From contig RDEW01000043.1 of NCBI GenBank assembly GCA_011109175.1, positions 372,001 to 436,000 on the forward strand: 64,000 nt of DNA. The letters are read 5' to 3'. The stretch comes from Dicyema japonicum (lineage: Eukaryota; Animalia; Dicyemida). The translations under genes were made by a program, and so were the position numbers. Positions 11,275 through 23,799 of the stretch are shown one piece after another; position 1 is the first letter of the stretch, and every line of letters starts with the position of its first letter. The notes beneath the pieces were generated by a model. It did not search any database. It saw only the letters and a program-made list of their open reading frames with translations, and was not told the DNA's origin.

Positions 11275-12541
11275 ATGTTTGCCCTACTTATGATTTACAG
11301 AAAAGTCAGTGTTCTGCAAAATATCAGCTAAAGGACTTATATGGTTGAACCAATTTTAGGTTCGATTCTTCTGGTTATGATGCCATGCATATAACAGCAG
11401 TCTTTTGGACCCCCTGATATGTCGGAAAAAGGGTAAAAGTTCATTAACTTATAATTAAGGTAACCGAAAAACTAACAACAGGAGAATGCTCGGTATGGAT
11501 CCTAGGATCACCTAATTTAGACGATTACTTATATCCTCTTGGTTCAGAGGTTAATAAATTAAATTAAGATATATCCAGTTCCCAAGATCGGAATGAAACC
11601 CATCTTGTCCAAGCATCCTTATAGGCCATTGTGGAACATCCCCAATGTAGGAAGAGATAGATCATTTTAGGATGCTGAGCTGCTATGTTACCTGGTCTAA
11701 TTAAACCTACGTATGCTTACCATCTATCAACTAAAAATACTGAGCAGGTTTTTGAGGCATTGGCAATATGTCTGAGTCACGTGGAACGTACTCTTCATTT
11801 TACCTTAAAATCAAGTAAACATTTAATAACTAATAAGTTCCCACGGTCTCTGAGGAATAGAAAATTCCTTTTAAGTACACACAAGTCCACCGAAAATATG
11901 GTTACGTCAACCCCTGAAATGATCTAATGTAGTAGGTAAGAGCAAATGATTCTTATTGATCCACCTCCTGAGGCAAATGGATCACATGAAAGGACATAAA
12001 CAGAACTAAGTAGCCAGTTGGAACTCAGCACATTGTTATGAAATTCTAACCAATAGGTTACCTGATCATATTTGACTTTAGATATTGCTAGACTGTCTAG
12101 TTACTTTTAGGAGACTAGCGGTAATTAAGTGAGGCGCGGAAAATGCTAGTCACTCCCATATATCGGTCAACTTTGGTGTGATAGACCGGCAAACAACAAG
12201 CTCAAGACATTCAAAAAAATGATTTTATGTAAACTCGGAGAGGTTCAAGGAAACAAAGGATCATTCAGTTTACACAAGTATGATGGTAAATAAATGTGGC
12301 CTTAGGGCTGTAGATGAGCCAGGTTTACCCTGATGTCCCTCGATAGAAAGAATTCTGATTAATCGATTGGAGGATGAGGCCGGTGCAGTATTTTGTTATA
12401 CTCGTGCATAGATTCGCCTAGTGATCACGTTGGATCAAGTCCTCTCAGTGATTTATTCGGACAAGGATCCCCAAAATTGTCGGCATCATGTTCCTTTTGT
12501 CCGGGATGGAAAATAGAATTCGAGAAGGTCACCACGCGATG
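11275..12541 (+). CDS. Mini-intron-rich gene of unknown function; 5' half unresolved
   Basis: Bounded by AT-rich spacers and studded with 19-29-nt GT-AG segments. The 3' part splices to ILLDCLVTFRRLASLPYIGQLWCDRP...KIEFEKVTTR*. Strand is probable, not proven. Confidence 0.4.
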
Positions 12542-12637
12542 AAGAAACAATCAGGATAAAATTTTTAATTCAAAAAAATAAAATTAAAAAATTAAATTTA
12601 TTTAAAAATAATATAATTTTATCACGTTTAACTTGTA

Positions 12638-13160
12638 ATGAGTGATAGCGAACAGTATCATTGCGTAATATTATAGCAATTTGGAGTGAGGATATTCTCA
12701 GTATGGAAGATATCACCCATGAGGATTATAGTCCAAGTGAAGGAGAAGATAGCGTTATAACCGATCCTGACGAAAATCAGTCGAATATAGTTAAATATAT
12801 TAGGAGCTGATATTTTAGAATGTGGATTCCTTTGACTTGGTAAAAGAAGATTGACGTAAAGCCCAGTAAACCTAAGAAACCAAGAGTTACGACACCTTAT
12901 ATGACTAGTTACGAAAAAGCAAGAATATTGGGGACACGTGCAGAACAGATTGCGTAATTTTGTAGTTTACCCGTAGGAGATCCGCTCCCCTAACTGTGGA
13001 AACGTCTGAGACTAATCCCCTGAAAATAGCAATCAGAGAACTAAGGTGAGTGATGTAAGTATCTCAGAGAAGGGAAACTGGACATTTATGTGAGAAGATA
13101 CCTACCAAATGGAACCCACGAGACTGGCATTGTTCTGAACTTAAACAATTTGAAAATTGA
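12638..13160 (+). CDS. POLR2F: RNA polymerase I/II/III shared subunit RPB6
   Basis: [32 protein letters not shown]...[21 protein letters not shown], introns 12954-12976 and 13046-13067. [12 protein letters not shown] lies in the -1 frame from ~13121. Acidic N-terminal exons uncertain. Confidence 0.93.
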
Positions 13161-13199
13161 CCATTATATTTTGCTTTACATAATTTTATTTATTTCACA

Positions 13200-14890
13200 T
13201 TCATTTATCTATTTGAACGGTTAACATGTAGCTAAGCATATTTTTAAGGGTGGCTGCTTTCGAAAACGCATTTCCCCTCACGATTTGTAAGGAAATGTGC
13301 TGGCACCTCTCTCGTTTATCCTTTTTTTCCTGTGATAAACGACACTATTCAGAGAGGTTAGTGAGGTATTCAAATTTCAGAAATTTAGAATGCGACCGGT
13401 TCAAATATGCTGTTTTTGACGATTTTTAAATTATTCCGTTTATGTGGGAAAAAAGGATTCAAGAATTTTCGTAAACGTTTTTCTAAGAGCTATGAGATTG
13501 TAGTACAAGGTTATAGAGTTTGAACAACAGTCCTCATCTTAGGTACACAAACTGTCGATTTCCTAATACTTACCTTGACTGTCAATTTTCTCTAGAGCTC
13601 TGAATCCGTCTTTGGCACTTTTCTCCAAATTGATAACAAAACATTATTAACCCTAAATGAAGTCGTTAGACGGAATTCAGTCGCGGCTGGTTTCCTTTCT
13701 GTACTCAAAAATGATATCTTTCTGTTCGTTGCTGGAAGTCTCTAGTCTGGGATGTCACATAGAATTTCTATGTCTGCTCATTCGAGTACCACCAATGCCT
13801 GTTCATTCGTTGAGAAAATCAAAACATTGAAGTATCGGAAGCATGTTGACCTCCACAATAATGTTACGTTTGTTTATTGAAATTTCAGGAGTTCATGCGC
13901 TTACATCTGAAATCATATCTCATTCCGCTCACGGAATTTCTGTGAGCTTTACCACCATTCGAGCGTATTTCCCTCACATTCCAAAGAGGGGATAAGCATG
14001 CAGTCAGGGCAACAGTCCCCTAACTCTAATTTTTCGTTTTTGGAATTAAAAACAGCATCAATCGTTTTGTTTAAATTAAACAAGCCGATTAGGCGAAAAT
14101 TAAAGGAAATCTTAATTTTTATACATTCAAAATTTTCATGGTACCAAAAGTCATGTATAAGAATTTCCGTAATACTCGAACTATAGACTTCAGAATGACG
14201 TATAAATCATTTTTTGAAATGCCTATGTAGAATACGCTGGCCTGTATGTAGTCCAATCGATTGTAGACTCGAATTCTTGATTACAGCAAAGACAAAGCTA
14301 GTAAAATGCAAAAACTGCTTTTGGTAGTTACTTTTCTGTTAGCCACAAATTTATTTGGTTAGAGACCGGAGTAAATAAAATTAATGACCGTTCTATTGCA
14401 TTTAGGTGGTTGTAGTTGAACTATCCAATTTGCTAGGAGAGATAACATTAGATATTATTTTCTTCTTATGCAAACACTATGATCATGATAAAGCATGCGC
14501 AACAGAAGAAACTAAAAGTAATTTCAGTCTCCTCTATTGTTTTACTGTCGCCAGTTCGCGTAGTTAGTGAAGGTCATCTCTCTTTGTAGTACTTCCATAT
14601 AATTTTGAGGTCATCATTCATAACACGTCCACGAACTGGAAAAGCTTCAAAGGTGAGATATCCCTCCATGATCGCATTTGCTGAGCAATCAAAGTCCATT
14701 CTTAGTATATGTCCAAAAAGCCTTTAAGAAGCGCTTCAATTCAGTTATTGATGATATCTTAGAAGTCACATTCTCATATACTGTTCGACTTCCTTCAAAT
14801 ATAGTCGATAATTTTGGCGTAACCGTAAGAATTAGAGTATAGTGGAAATCCTTTGATACAAAAATTACAAATTCTTACTGTATTGATGCT
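13200..14890 (-). pseudogene. Coding-like sequence with mini-intron-like segments, not resolvable into an intact gene
   Basis: Strong minus-strand intron gtaagtattaggaaatcgacag near 13555-13576 and long open stretches around 14480-14870, interrupted by stops. Confidence 0.25.
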
Positions 14891-14909
14891 CTTTTTTAAA
14901 TAAATAATA

Positions 14910-15207
14910 TGTCACGAGCCTAGGGTGTTACCGAGCCTAAGTGGTTACACTTATGGACTTAGAATAACTCATTAACTAAAAAATTATGGCGACCAATTTT
15001 ATAGGACCCAAGAACAACAACTAAGAAAAAGATATCGTTGACTACAAAAATATTTCTTCAAATAGACACTAATTCCTTATGCTGTTTTTATTTAATAAAA
15101 AAAATTAATTTCCTTTATTTATCTCAAGCGATAAATTAATTTTCAATCTATCGAAAAATAAGCGAAGTGTAACCACCTAGGCTCGGTAACACCCTAGGCT
15201 CGTGACA
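14910..15207. mobile_element. 298-bp MITE with 43-bp TIRs and TA target duplication (Tc1/mariner-type)
   Basis: TIRs 14910-14952 and 15165-15207 (one mismatch), TA on both flanks, non-coding AT-rich interior. Confidence 0.92.
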
Positions 15208-15409
15208 TAGTACTTCATCCAAAGACATTAGTAGCAAACCATGATATAGCCGCCAAGAGACTGAGAGCATTACTACAGACTATGGATATTCCCAGGGGCT
15301 GTGAATATCATCTTCATTCACGAGTCGTCCCTTTTTTATTGCAGAGGAAATACACTTGAAAAACCCAATGACATTCCCAGAGGTGCTTTATGCTTTTATG
15401 CTTTAGATA

Positions 15410-15615
15410 TGACAAGTAACCCCATCATCAGTGAATTCTTCACTACGGAACCGGATCGTCTCAATAGGACTACCCAAGAAAAAGAAAAAAGCCAAAGACT
15501 CTCCCTTTCAACGATTAATTAATACAACTGTTCTTTACTCAAATAAAGTGTGTTTCCTGCCTATGGGGAGCTATAAATATTATGAATTTCGTGAAAGGCT
15601 GTTGTTATTACTGCA
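15410..15615 (+). repeat. LTR-like repeat (family C), probable solo LTR
   Basis: Aligns with 5266-5455; has the AGTGAA/TTCACT hairpin and an AATAAA followed by GTGTGT. Confidence 0.55.
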
Positions 15616-16757
15616 TCAACCTCATCAAAGATCGCATTAAAAATTACATAAATATGAAAAATTAAAGGTTTTCATAGATATCAGTGGTTATCCCTAAGCT
15701 CTATATTTAAAAACTTCCAATTTTTGGAAAAATTAAATTTTCAACATCTTATCATTTTAAGGACCGATCGCTCCTGTCCTTAATATTATGTCGCTAGCCA
15801 ATGTTGACTTTGGCTATAACACAAGAAAGTCATATAGCACCTGGGTGTCGACTTTGGCTCGCAACATATTAACTTGAAACACATAGACGCGTAATTTTAC
15901 GATTTAAAATTCGAAACTAAGATAATTTTGCATGGATTTTTAAATTATATTTTTAAAAATTCATACGACCCTGGTACCACGTGCATCCTAACTTCCTTTG
16001 TTTAGAACTTAGAGTTTCCGTTGATTTCGAGAAAAAGGAAGAAAGGGAAGTAAAAATTACAAGTTTTCTAATTTTGGCATCTACCTAACAAAACACTAAA
16101 CTCCATTTTAGGAAATATAATAAAACTATTTTTTAACAAGCAAACTATGTTAACTAAAATTCCAGGATCTCGAGTTCTTTGAAACTTTACTCGGTAATTT
16201 AAAACGAGAATTATCCTGGTAGGTCTCCGCCATATTATTTATCCACGAAGTTTGACTGAAGACATGCCAAAAGTTTCCAATTAGGAAAAAGACAATGTTA
16301 AGCCCGAAAATCTACAGATTAAAACCAAAGAATACAAAGGAGACGTAAATTTGCTTGCACAGGGGATATTTGATGACTTCGCATACGTAGAAGTAGTGCT
16401 GACATAATACGACGTTTTGGGTGAAGTTTGTGATTTCAAGAGAAAACGGAATCCAAATGATGAAAGTGAAGATCCAAAAAAATACGAGAAAACTGATAAT
16501 CAAAGAATCCTTAGATAAATGCTTAATTAACCAATTTCTTCATATTTTCGTTGGCTTTGTAATTTTTCTTCTTGAACTGGTGAATATAAAATGCAAGAAG
16601 TCCGTAAAATAAAGTCAGAATGTTTGCTGAAACGAACAGTTTGGCTGGAAAGGTCGACATTTCTTTAACCATAAAAGGGTATCGACATCCTTTTGAGAAA
16701 ATCACGTCCCCCATACTAAAGATTGCTTAGAAATGAGAACCTGAATGGAAACTTAAA

Positions 16758-17529
16758 NNNNNNNNNNNNNNNNNNNNNNNNNNNNNNNNNNNNNNNNNNN
16801 NNNNNNNNNNNNNNNNNNNNNNNNNNNNNNNNNNNNNNNNNNNNNNNNNNNNNNNNNNNNNNNNNNNNNNNNNNNNNNNNNNNNNNNNNNNNNNNNNNNN
16901 NNNNNNNNNNNNNNNNNNNNNNNNNNNNNNNNNNNNNNNNNNNNNNNNNNNNNNNNNNNNNNNNNNNNNNNNNNNNNNNNNNNNNNNNNNNNNNNNNNNN
17001 NNNNNNNNNNNNNNNNNNNNNNNNNNNNNNNNNNNNNNNNNNNNNNNNNNNNNNNNNNNNNNNNNNNNNNNNNNNNNNNNNNNNNNNNNNNNNNNNNNNN
17101 NNNNNNNNNNNNNNNNNNNNNNNNNNNNNNNNNNNNNNNNNNNNNNNNNNNNNNNNNNNNNNNNNNNNNNNNNNNNNNNNNNNNNNNNNNNNNNNNNNNN
17201 NNNNNNNNNNNNNNNNNNNNNNNNNNNNNNNNNNNNNNNNNNNNNNNNNNNNNNNNNNNNNNNNNNNNNNNNNNNNNNNNNNNNNNNNNNNNNNNNNNNN
17301 NNNNNNNNNNNNNNNNNNNNNNNNNNNNNNNNNNNNNNNNNNNNNNNNNNNNNNNNNNNNNNNNNNNNNNNNNNNNNNNNNNNNNNNNNNNNNNNNNNNN
17401 NNNNNNNNNNNNNNNNNNNNNNNNNNNNNNNNNNNNNNNNNNNNNNNNNNNNNNNNNNNNNNNNNNNNNNNNNNNNNNNNNNNNNNNNNNNNNNNNNNNN
17501 NNNNNNNNNNNNNNNNNNNNNNNNNNNNN
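16758..17529. other. Assembly gap (N)
   Basis: Run of N. Confidence 1.
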
Positions 17530-18320
17530 GGTATGACTTTGACTGGAGCACCATAAAGTAGCATGAGCTCTCCAGTCAATAAATCGTACTTATAAAACTT
17601 TCTACTTCAGTGTTCTTCAATAACCCTTGAGAAGTAATTCCAATTTCACAAACTTTTATGTACGAATGTGCCAAGATCTGAGTTTCTCGGAACCATCAAG
17701 TCTTACAAACAAAGAATGCTTTATCGGCCAAGAGACCAAATGTTTTAATAACTCCGGATATACCTAAAACAGGTTTATTTCTTAAAAGAATCATGTTCAT
17801 CCATATTTGCCATTGTGAGAACCTCTCCACCGAGATAAGGAAAAGAGGAATCCATATAGGATTCCGGTCATGGGCATTTTTGAATTAGGCAGATGTAATG
17901 ACACCTTTTGGAAATTGAAGAAGAAAAATAGTAAGAAAGAATCCTTCGACCAGGTATGTAGCGGTGTGGGAATCGGACACACAGCTAAACGCGAAAATGA
18001 CAAATGCACTAACAACCATGCTACCTAGTAGAGACAATATGCGAAGGTGAATATAGTACCCCTGTTATAAACCTGGGACGATATTTTAGGTTTTTTCTAC
18101 AAATTTTATCAAAATACTCTTCAAGTGGATAATACTACACGAACATATTTGATCAATAAGACTTTAGAGGACATGAGAGTAAAATATAATTATGGTTGAT
18201 CAGACAGGGTGATTCTCAGACACATCAATATTGGAACAATCGACCAGAGACATATATTGGGGAGATGCTACCTGCTCTAGATGTTGAAGGAAAGAATTGA
18301 GGAGACAAATTCAGCCTACT

Positions 18321-18497
18321 GTCAACTGCTTGAAGTGATGACTGATGCCTCCTGGGGTGATGACTCCTGGTCTATAACGTAAAGATAACATCTTCATAAT
18401 CTCGGCTATGTCAACTGCTTGAAGTGATGACTGATGACTCCTGGGGTGATGACTCCTGGTCTATAACGTAAAGATAACATCTTCATAATCTCGGCTA
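18321..18497 (+). repeat. Direct tandem duplication, ~88-bp unit, 2 copies
   Basis: tgtcaactgcttgaagtgatgactgatg...ataatctcggcta twice; encodes LEVMTDASWGDD, weakly RNase H-like. Confidence 0.85.
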
Positions 18498-19719
18498 TTA
18501 TCATAACAGCCTATTAAGAAATTATGTGGGTCATAATAGTCTACTTTTTATGAAGTTAGAAATGGATAATTCATTCATCCACTAGATGCAGGTGGTGGAT
18601 GTAAATAACACGGACTGTCCTTTCCTTATTGATAATCTTGCTGGTTATTTGCAAAAAACTATTCATTTTTAATGTTTAACTTTTTCGAAATTCTAATGAA
18701 TTGGTTAATAAAGAAATGACACATTTAATTTGGCATAATGATTTCTAATGTGGGAAGAATTAGTTCTAAAATACGAAAAATTCAGCTTTGCCGAGATCTA
18801 CAGCATTGCAGAGTGGCTATTACCTTCAGGAAGCTAAAGTATCTCCGAACTGAATGAAGACTATGGGGAATACAGCTTTCTGTTACTGAGACCGGACTGT
18901 AGGCACTATGGAATGGCTTGCGGTACATCAAAGCATTACAATAAAAGTATTGGAAAATTATTGTCAGGATTTGCATAATCCTGATATGTATGAACAATAA
19001 ATTAGAAATTAGAAAATGCAGACGATTTAGATATTCTTTGAAAAATTGCATTCTTAAAGTTGAGGAATCTAACATGGAATTGACATTAATGCGAGGAAAT
19101 ACTGTAGCATTAGGTATCGGTCCGTCTTCCAGTCGATCTCCGTTAAGACGTCTGGCTCACTTGGCTCCAGAACAGCAAGTTTTTTAGAGCGATCGGACAG
19201 CTTGCAAGACTGAGGAATAGATAGCCTATAACGACACCATGGCTCTTCCAGGACATTGGGCTCGCGAACATGAGGTCATTAGGTTATCTGGGTTTTTACA
19301 GTCGTATTGCCTAGTGTGCTTTCCAAAATCATCTTTAAAAATTAATAGGTCACGTATAAAAAGCAGTCCGACTGTTATTTAGAGATACTAAAGAAACTAG
19401 ATAAGTTCTGTAATACGTAAATTTTAAGTACCACCATAATTAGGAGTCATAATTTTGAACAAAATTAATAAAAAANAATTGCCACTTTATGAATGTTAAG
19501 TTCCCTCTGTTGATGTACGTTCAGTGCTCCGATATTTGTTTGGGTTGCTAAATAATAGTCCTCCATAGACTCTGGGGGATTGTGCAATGGTTTCTTATTC
19601 AGATTATTGCCATCTATCAAATAGTCATTTTTCCATTTATAAGTCTCTTCATTTGTCATTTTATTACTATGGTTTTATTTTATTATTTTTAATCAAATTA
19701 AAGTAATAATATTAAATTT

Positions 19720-20579
19720 AATGTTTGAACAAAATATGATTTCGCACATACTGGAGGGGGTTTGTTTCAGCACAAATCACCTTCTTTTTATCGATGACCT
19801 GAAGATGTATGCTCGAACATCCGAGGATCTCTGCTCCACGGGGGTCTGTGCCAGGGAATTCTTTGAGATTATAGGACTAGATTTGAATTATTCAAAGTCT
19901 GCGACTAACACGCAATTATGTAGCCAGTTAGTAAGAATCCTCGAGGAACACGAAGGATATAAGTATCTGGGTGTTACCGAAACTCCAAAGTCTTTTATAA
20001 TGTTTGAGACGAAGCGACAAATTACTAAAAGCATTAGTTAAAGAGCTGCGTTATTATGTAAGACGTCTCTAAATGCAAGGAATTTGTACCTAGCATTGAA
20101 TGAGTATGCTGTCTCGCTGCTAAACTACTACATAGGTGTTGTGGAATTTGAGCCCAAAGAGTATGATGAGATGGATGTTATAAGAGAACCATGTTCATGT
20201 GCTGGCAGCCAATAAGGAAATACTATTTTTACCCCATGATAAATTCTGCTGTGGACTGTGTGGAGTAGTCCAACTAAGTGAGCGTATCCTTATGCGAATG
20301 GACGACACCCTGATAGCTAGGTCAAGTGTGTCTGTTAGGAAGCACGCCATAATAACGACCGAAAAAACACGGGCAATTTACCTAGGCACTATCAGACCTT
20401 TTTTGTCTTCTAAGTATGGTGTTGATGATGGTGGGCTAATAAATGTGAAGGCGTTGATCGAATTGCAATATAATAATTTTATGGAAAAGATCAACTTAAA
20501 AAGCTTTCACAAGGTCCTCTTCAGAGCATTGGACAATCCACATGTCGACCTTAAGTTGTCGACAATATGGCTAAAATAC
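19720..20579 (+). mobile_element. R4/Dong-like non-LTR retrotransposon RT fragment
   Basis: NHLLFIDDLKMYA...GLDLNYSKS...YKYLGVTE, then KTSLNARNLYLALNEYAVSLLNYYIG; runs into a gap. Confidence 0.75.
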
Positions 20580-20745
20580 NNNNNNNNNNNNNNNNNNNNN
20601 NNNNNNNNNNNNNNNNNNNNNNNNNNNNNNNNNNNNNNNNNNNNNNNNNNNNNNNNNNNNNNNNNNNNNNNNNNNNNNNNNNNNNNNNNNNNNNNNNNNN
20701 NNNNNNNNNNNNNNNNNNNNNNNNNNNNNNNNNNNNNNNNNNNNN
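20580..20745. other. Assembly gap (N)
   Basis: Run of N. Confidence 1.
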
Positions 20746-21018
20746 CAGTCATAATTTTGGTCTTCTTGATATTTAGCAATAAAGACGGCGCTCTCTTCTC
20801 TGAATCTTAGAATCAATTCCCTGAGGCCATCCTCTGTTTCAACCAGTAAGGTTGTATCGTAAGTTGATTCCAATTGGGGCAGATGCTTGGTTGCAAGGTC
20901 CTCGTTATTCCAATAGTAATGGGAAGGAATTGCAAAAAAGTACAACAAGGGTTATCTGAAGCAGTTGGGAGTAGATAGGAAGCTCCAGGCCTATCTACAG
21001 TCCACTGTATTAAAGCGG

Positions 21019-21572
21019 ACCTTAGAGAACCTGGCACTGGAGTATAGAAGGCAGAGCCCGGAGATGACATATTGGCAGAAGGTTCAATTGAACAAGGCAA
21101 TCTCGGAATTGTTTCAGCAACCAGAATCGAACCTGCCTGAGGGGGCTGGCGAACAAGCTGGGGAAGAGGTTGTTGATTGTTAGATATTAACTTTTTATTG
21201 TTGGTTAAATAAAGTGGGCTTGCCATTCACAAACTCTGTCAAGTTAGTTTATAACGTACGATTCTTGCATGACATAGGGTCACCTCCTCGTCCCNCCTTA
21301 GAGAACCTGGCACTGGAGTATAGAAGGCAGAGCCCGGAGATGACATATTGACAGAAGGTTCAATTGAACAAGGCGCTCTCGGAATTGTTTCAGCAACCAG
21401 AATCGAACCTGCCTGAGGGGGCTGGCGAACAGGCTGGGGAAGAGGTTGTTGATTGTTAGATATTAACTTTTTATTGTTGGTTAAATAAAGTGGGCTCGCC
21501 ATTCACAAACTCTGTCAAGTTAGTTGGAATAACGTACGATTCTTTCATGACATAGGGTCACCTCCTCGTCCC
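21019..21572. repeat. Near-identical direct tandem duplication, ~277-bp unit
   Basis: 21019-21294 is repeated at 21296-21572; an ambiguous base sits at the junction. Confidence 0.9.
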
Positions 21573-21869
21573 AACGAAAACTAAACTTTGTAAAACTCTC
21601 CTTGCAAACTACAAAGGCTGCTTCAACTCAACGTTAGCTCACTATAATGCATCAAGCGACAATTAGCTATGGCTTTGCTGCATGGGTGACAAATATGTTC
21701 AATACTAATATAAAGAAGATCATTTTCTTTCAAGCAACAGTCACTAAGCTCTAAAAAGGTTCTCCTAGCCGCTAAGACCAACTCCTTTCGAAGCACTTGT
21801 GAGGAAACAAGTACCATTTTGACAAATTCAAAATTCAGAAAAATAATTCCTTCATACAGTAAGTGCGTC

Positions 21870-23370
21870 GGATTATCGAGAAAGATGAGATGGCTGGTTA
21901 AGAAGGACGAGATCACCTGACGGCCACGTATTTCCTTCATAATTCGATATGAGAAGGGCGATTTTTATTTTGACTTTATAAATCGGAAATTTTGACTTAA
22001 AATTTGATTTATTAACTAAAATTTTCATATTATTGTAGGCACGTACGCGATGCCAAGATGATAAAGCACGTGCAACATGAAAGGTTAACAATCTAATTAA
22101 CATCGCCCATCTTTTTCGATCCATTGCCATGTTCCGTAGCATATCTAGATCATCCCCATTTTTAAGGCACTTTCCAATTTTCCTGAGATCTTCATCTAGG
22201 ATAACCGGAGGTGTTGTCCTCGGCCGGCCGCGGAAACGAGAAGCTTCTAAGACAAAATACTCCTCCATTGCTATGTTGGCAAAAGTCTTCATATCGTGGC
22301 GGAGTATGTGTCCAAAGAGCCTCCATCTTGAATCAGTAATATCACATGATATTGGCTCAGTTCCTGTTCTCTTGTATAAGATTTCGGACGGCATTTTGAA
22401 AAAGCTTCGGGAAGAAAGGAGTGTTCGGAGATGATTTCTGTGAAAGAATTCAACTTTTCGAGTTCCTTTTGAGTTTTTTCTTATTTTCTTTTTGATGACT
22501 GTTCTTTCCTTTTGTAGCCGATGATTCGTATTTTTGTCATCTGTATTTAGACATTGTATCCATATCGCCTTTTGTTGATTAGAAAGGAGTTTCAAAGCGG
22601 TTATTTCTTCAGTGGTGTACTAGTTTCGTAGTCCTCTTGTAGATATATATCCGCAGCAATCATGATCTTCTGTTTGACCAAGGTCCACGCAATTATCGGT
22701 GCCAAATCTACTGATATTTCTTCCAATCCCTCATCCAGGTATTTTCTGAATTCCTCTCCCTGGATAGTATTGTTCTTTAGATGGTCTATAACGTATCCCT
22801 TCCCCCGCAGTTCCGTGTTTCCATTGCACTTTCTTTTTATCCCTTGCAAACCCATAAGTCTCTTTAAGGACATTTTGGCATAACCATCTTGTGATCGCTG
22901 TCAATTATAGATCCTCCATAAGCACGGTTATCAGTGACAATACTGCGGTCTTTTTGTCTGCAAATAATGTAGTCTATTTGATTGTAGATTTTCGCAATGC
23001 TTCCGTAAGACTTCGTTCTATTGCCTACCCAAGTTGTCCTGTGTCTTGCTGAGTGCATAAAGGCAGTGTTACAAAGGAATAGGTTATTTGCTTGACAAAG
23101 CTAGTTAACAAGGTTCCTGCAATGTTCCTTTATTCCCCTTCCATGTCTTTCAATTAATGATTCTTCTATAGTGATTCGATTTCCAACTTTTGCATTAAGA
23201 TCACCGGCAATCAATATTAATCTGGAATTTTCATAATTGGAATAAACATCAGACAGTTTCGCATAAAAGTCGTCAATCTCCTCTGGTTTCTTGTTGATCC
23301 ATCTACTATGTGGAGCATATGCGTTGATAATAGTAAGATAACTCTTCGGAGAGTTATGATCGTCCACGTC
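21870..23370 (-). mobile_element. Internally deleted RTE-like LINE
   Basis: APE: TIINAYAPH...AGDLNAKVG, NQIDYI...SDH. C-terminus WRLFGHILR...RGRPRTT...AMDRKRW. Confidence 0.85.
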
Positions 23371-23655
23371 CTACGGATGGACCCCACATCACCTGCAAAT
23401 TTTGCAATGAAGAAATATTTCTCTGCAAGTGGACAGAAATATCGGGGACGCCCGCGTGCTACGCTACCGGGGTGCTGGATGAGGATCTCAAGGCAATCAA
23501 CCGGAAGCTCGTTAGTGGGAAGGATCTGGATGCTATGAGAAGTTTGGCTTGTAACAGGGGAGGATGGACCTGAGTGATCCGAAAAATCGCTTTAAGTGCC
23601 ACACGTGTGGAAATATTACAATTATGTTTTTTACAATAGTAATAATAATAATAAT
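23350..23655 (+). mobile_element. 5'-truncated RTE-like 3' end with (AAT)n tail
   Basis: HVLRMDPTSPANFAMKKYF...RGRPRATLP, then aataataataataat at ~23640-23655. Confidence 0.8.
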
Positions 23656-23799
23656 AAGTAAGTGATTGGTTGAATACGTCATCAATTATGAATTACTTTG
23701 GGATATAGACAATTTTGGGAATTTATTATTTAAAATTTTGATTAAAGGATCCATGACTAAAGCAAAAAATTGTGGAGACAGAGTCTCCTTGCAGTATTC

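Noticed and set aside
11955-11990. CATGTGATCCA on the minus strand as a fourth SINE A core
   Set aside because: Only ~11 nt match; it forms a simple hairpin inside a probable gene and lacks the head, linker and tail.
16716-17579. Long ORFs spanning 16.7-17.6 kb and 20.5-20.9 kb
   Set aside because: They consist mostly of X from N gaps. Flanking coding-like fragments (e.g. YDFDWSTIK) are too short to name.
18321-18497. Box C/D snoRNA cluster (GTGATGA, CTGA motifs) or Copia RNase H
   Set aside because: No terminal stems or correctly placed D box; the DASWG match is too short and has no flanking pol domains.
21019-21572. Tandem duplication as a biological repeat system
   Set aside because: Near-identical copies joined at an ambiguous base close to a gap; likely a scaffolding overlap artefact.
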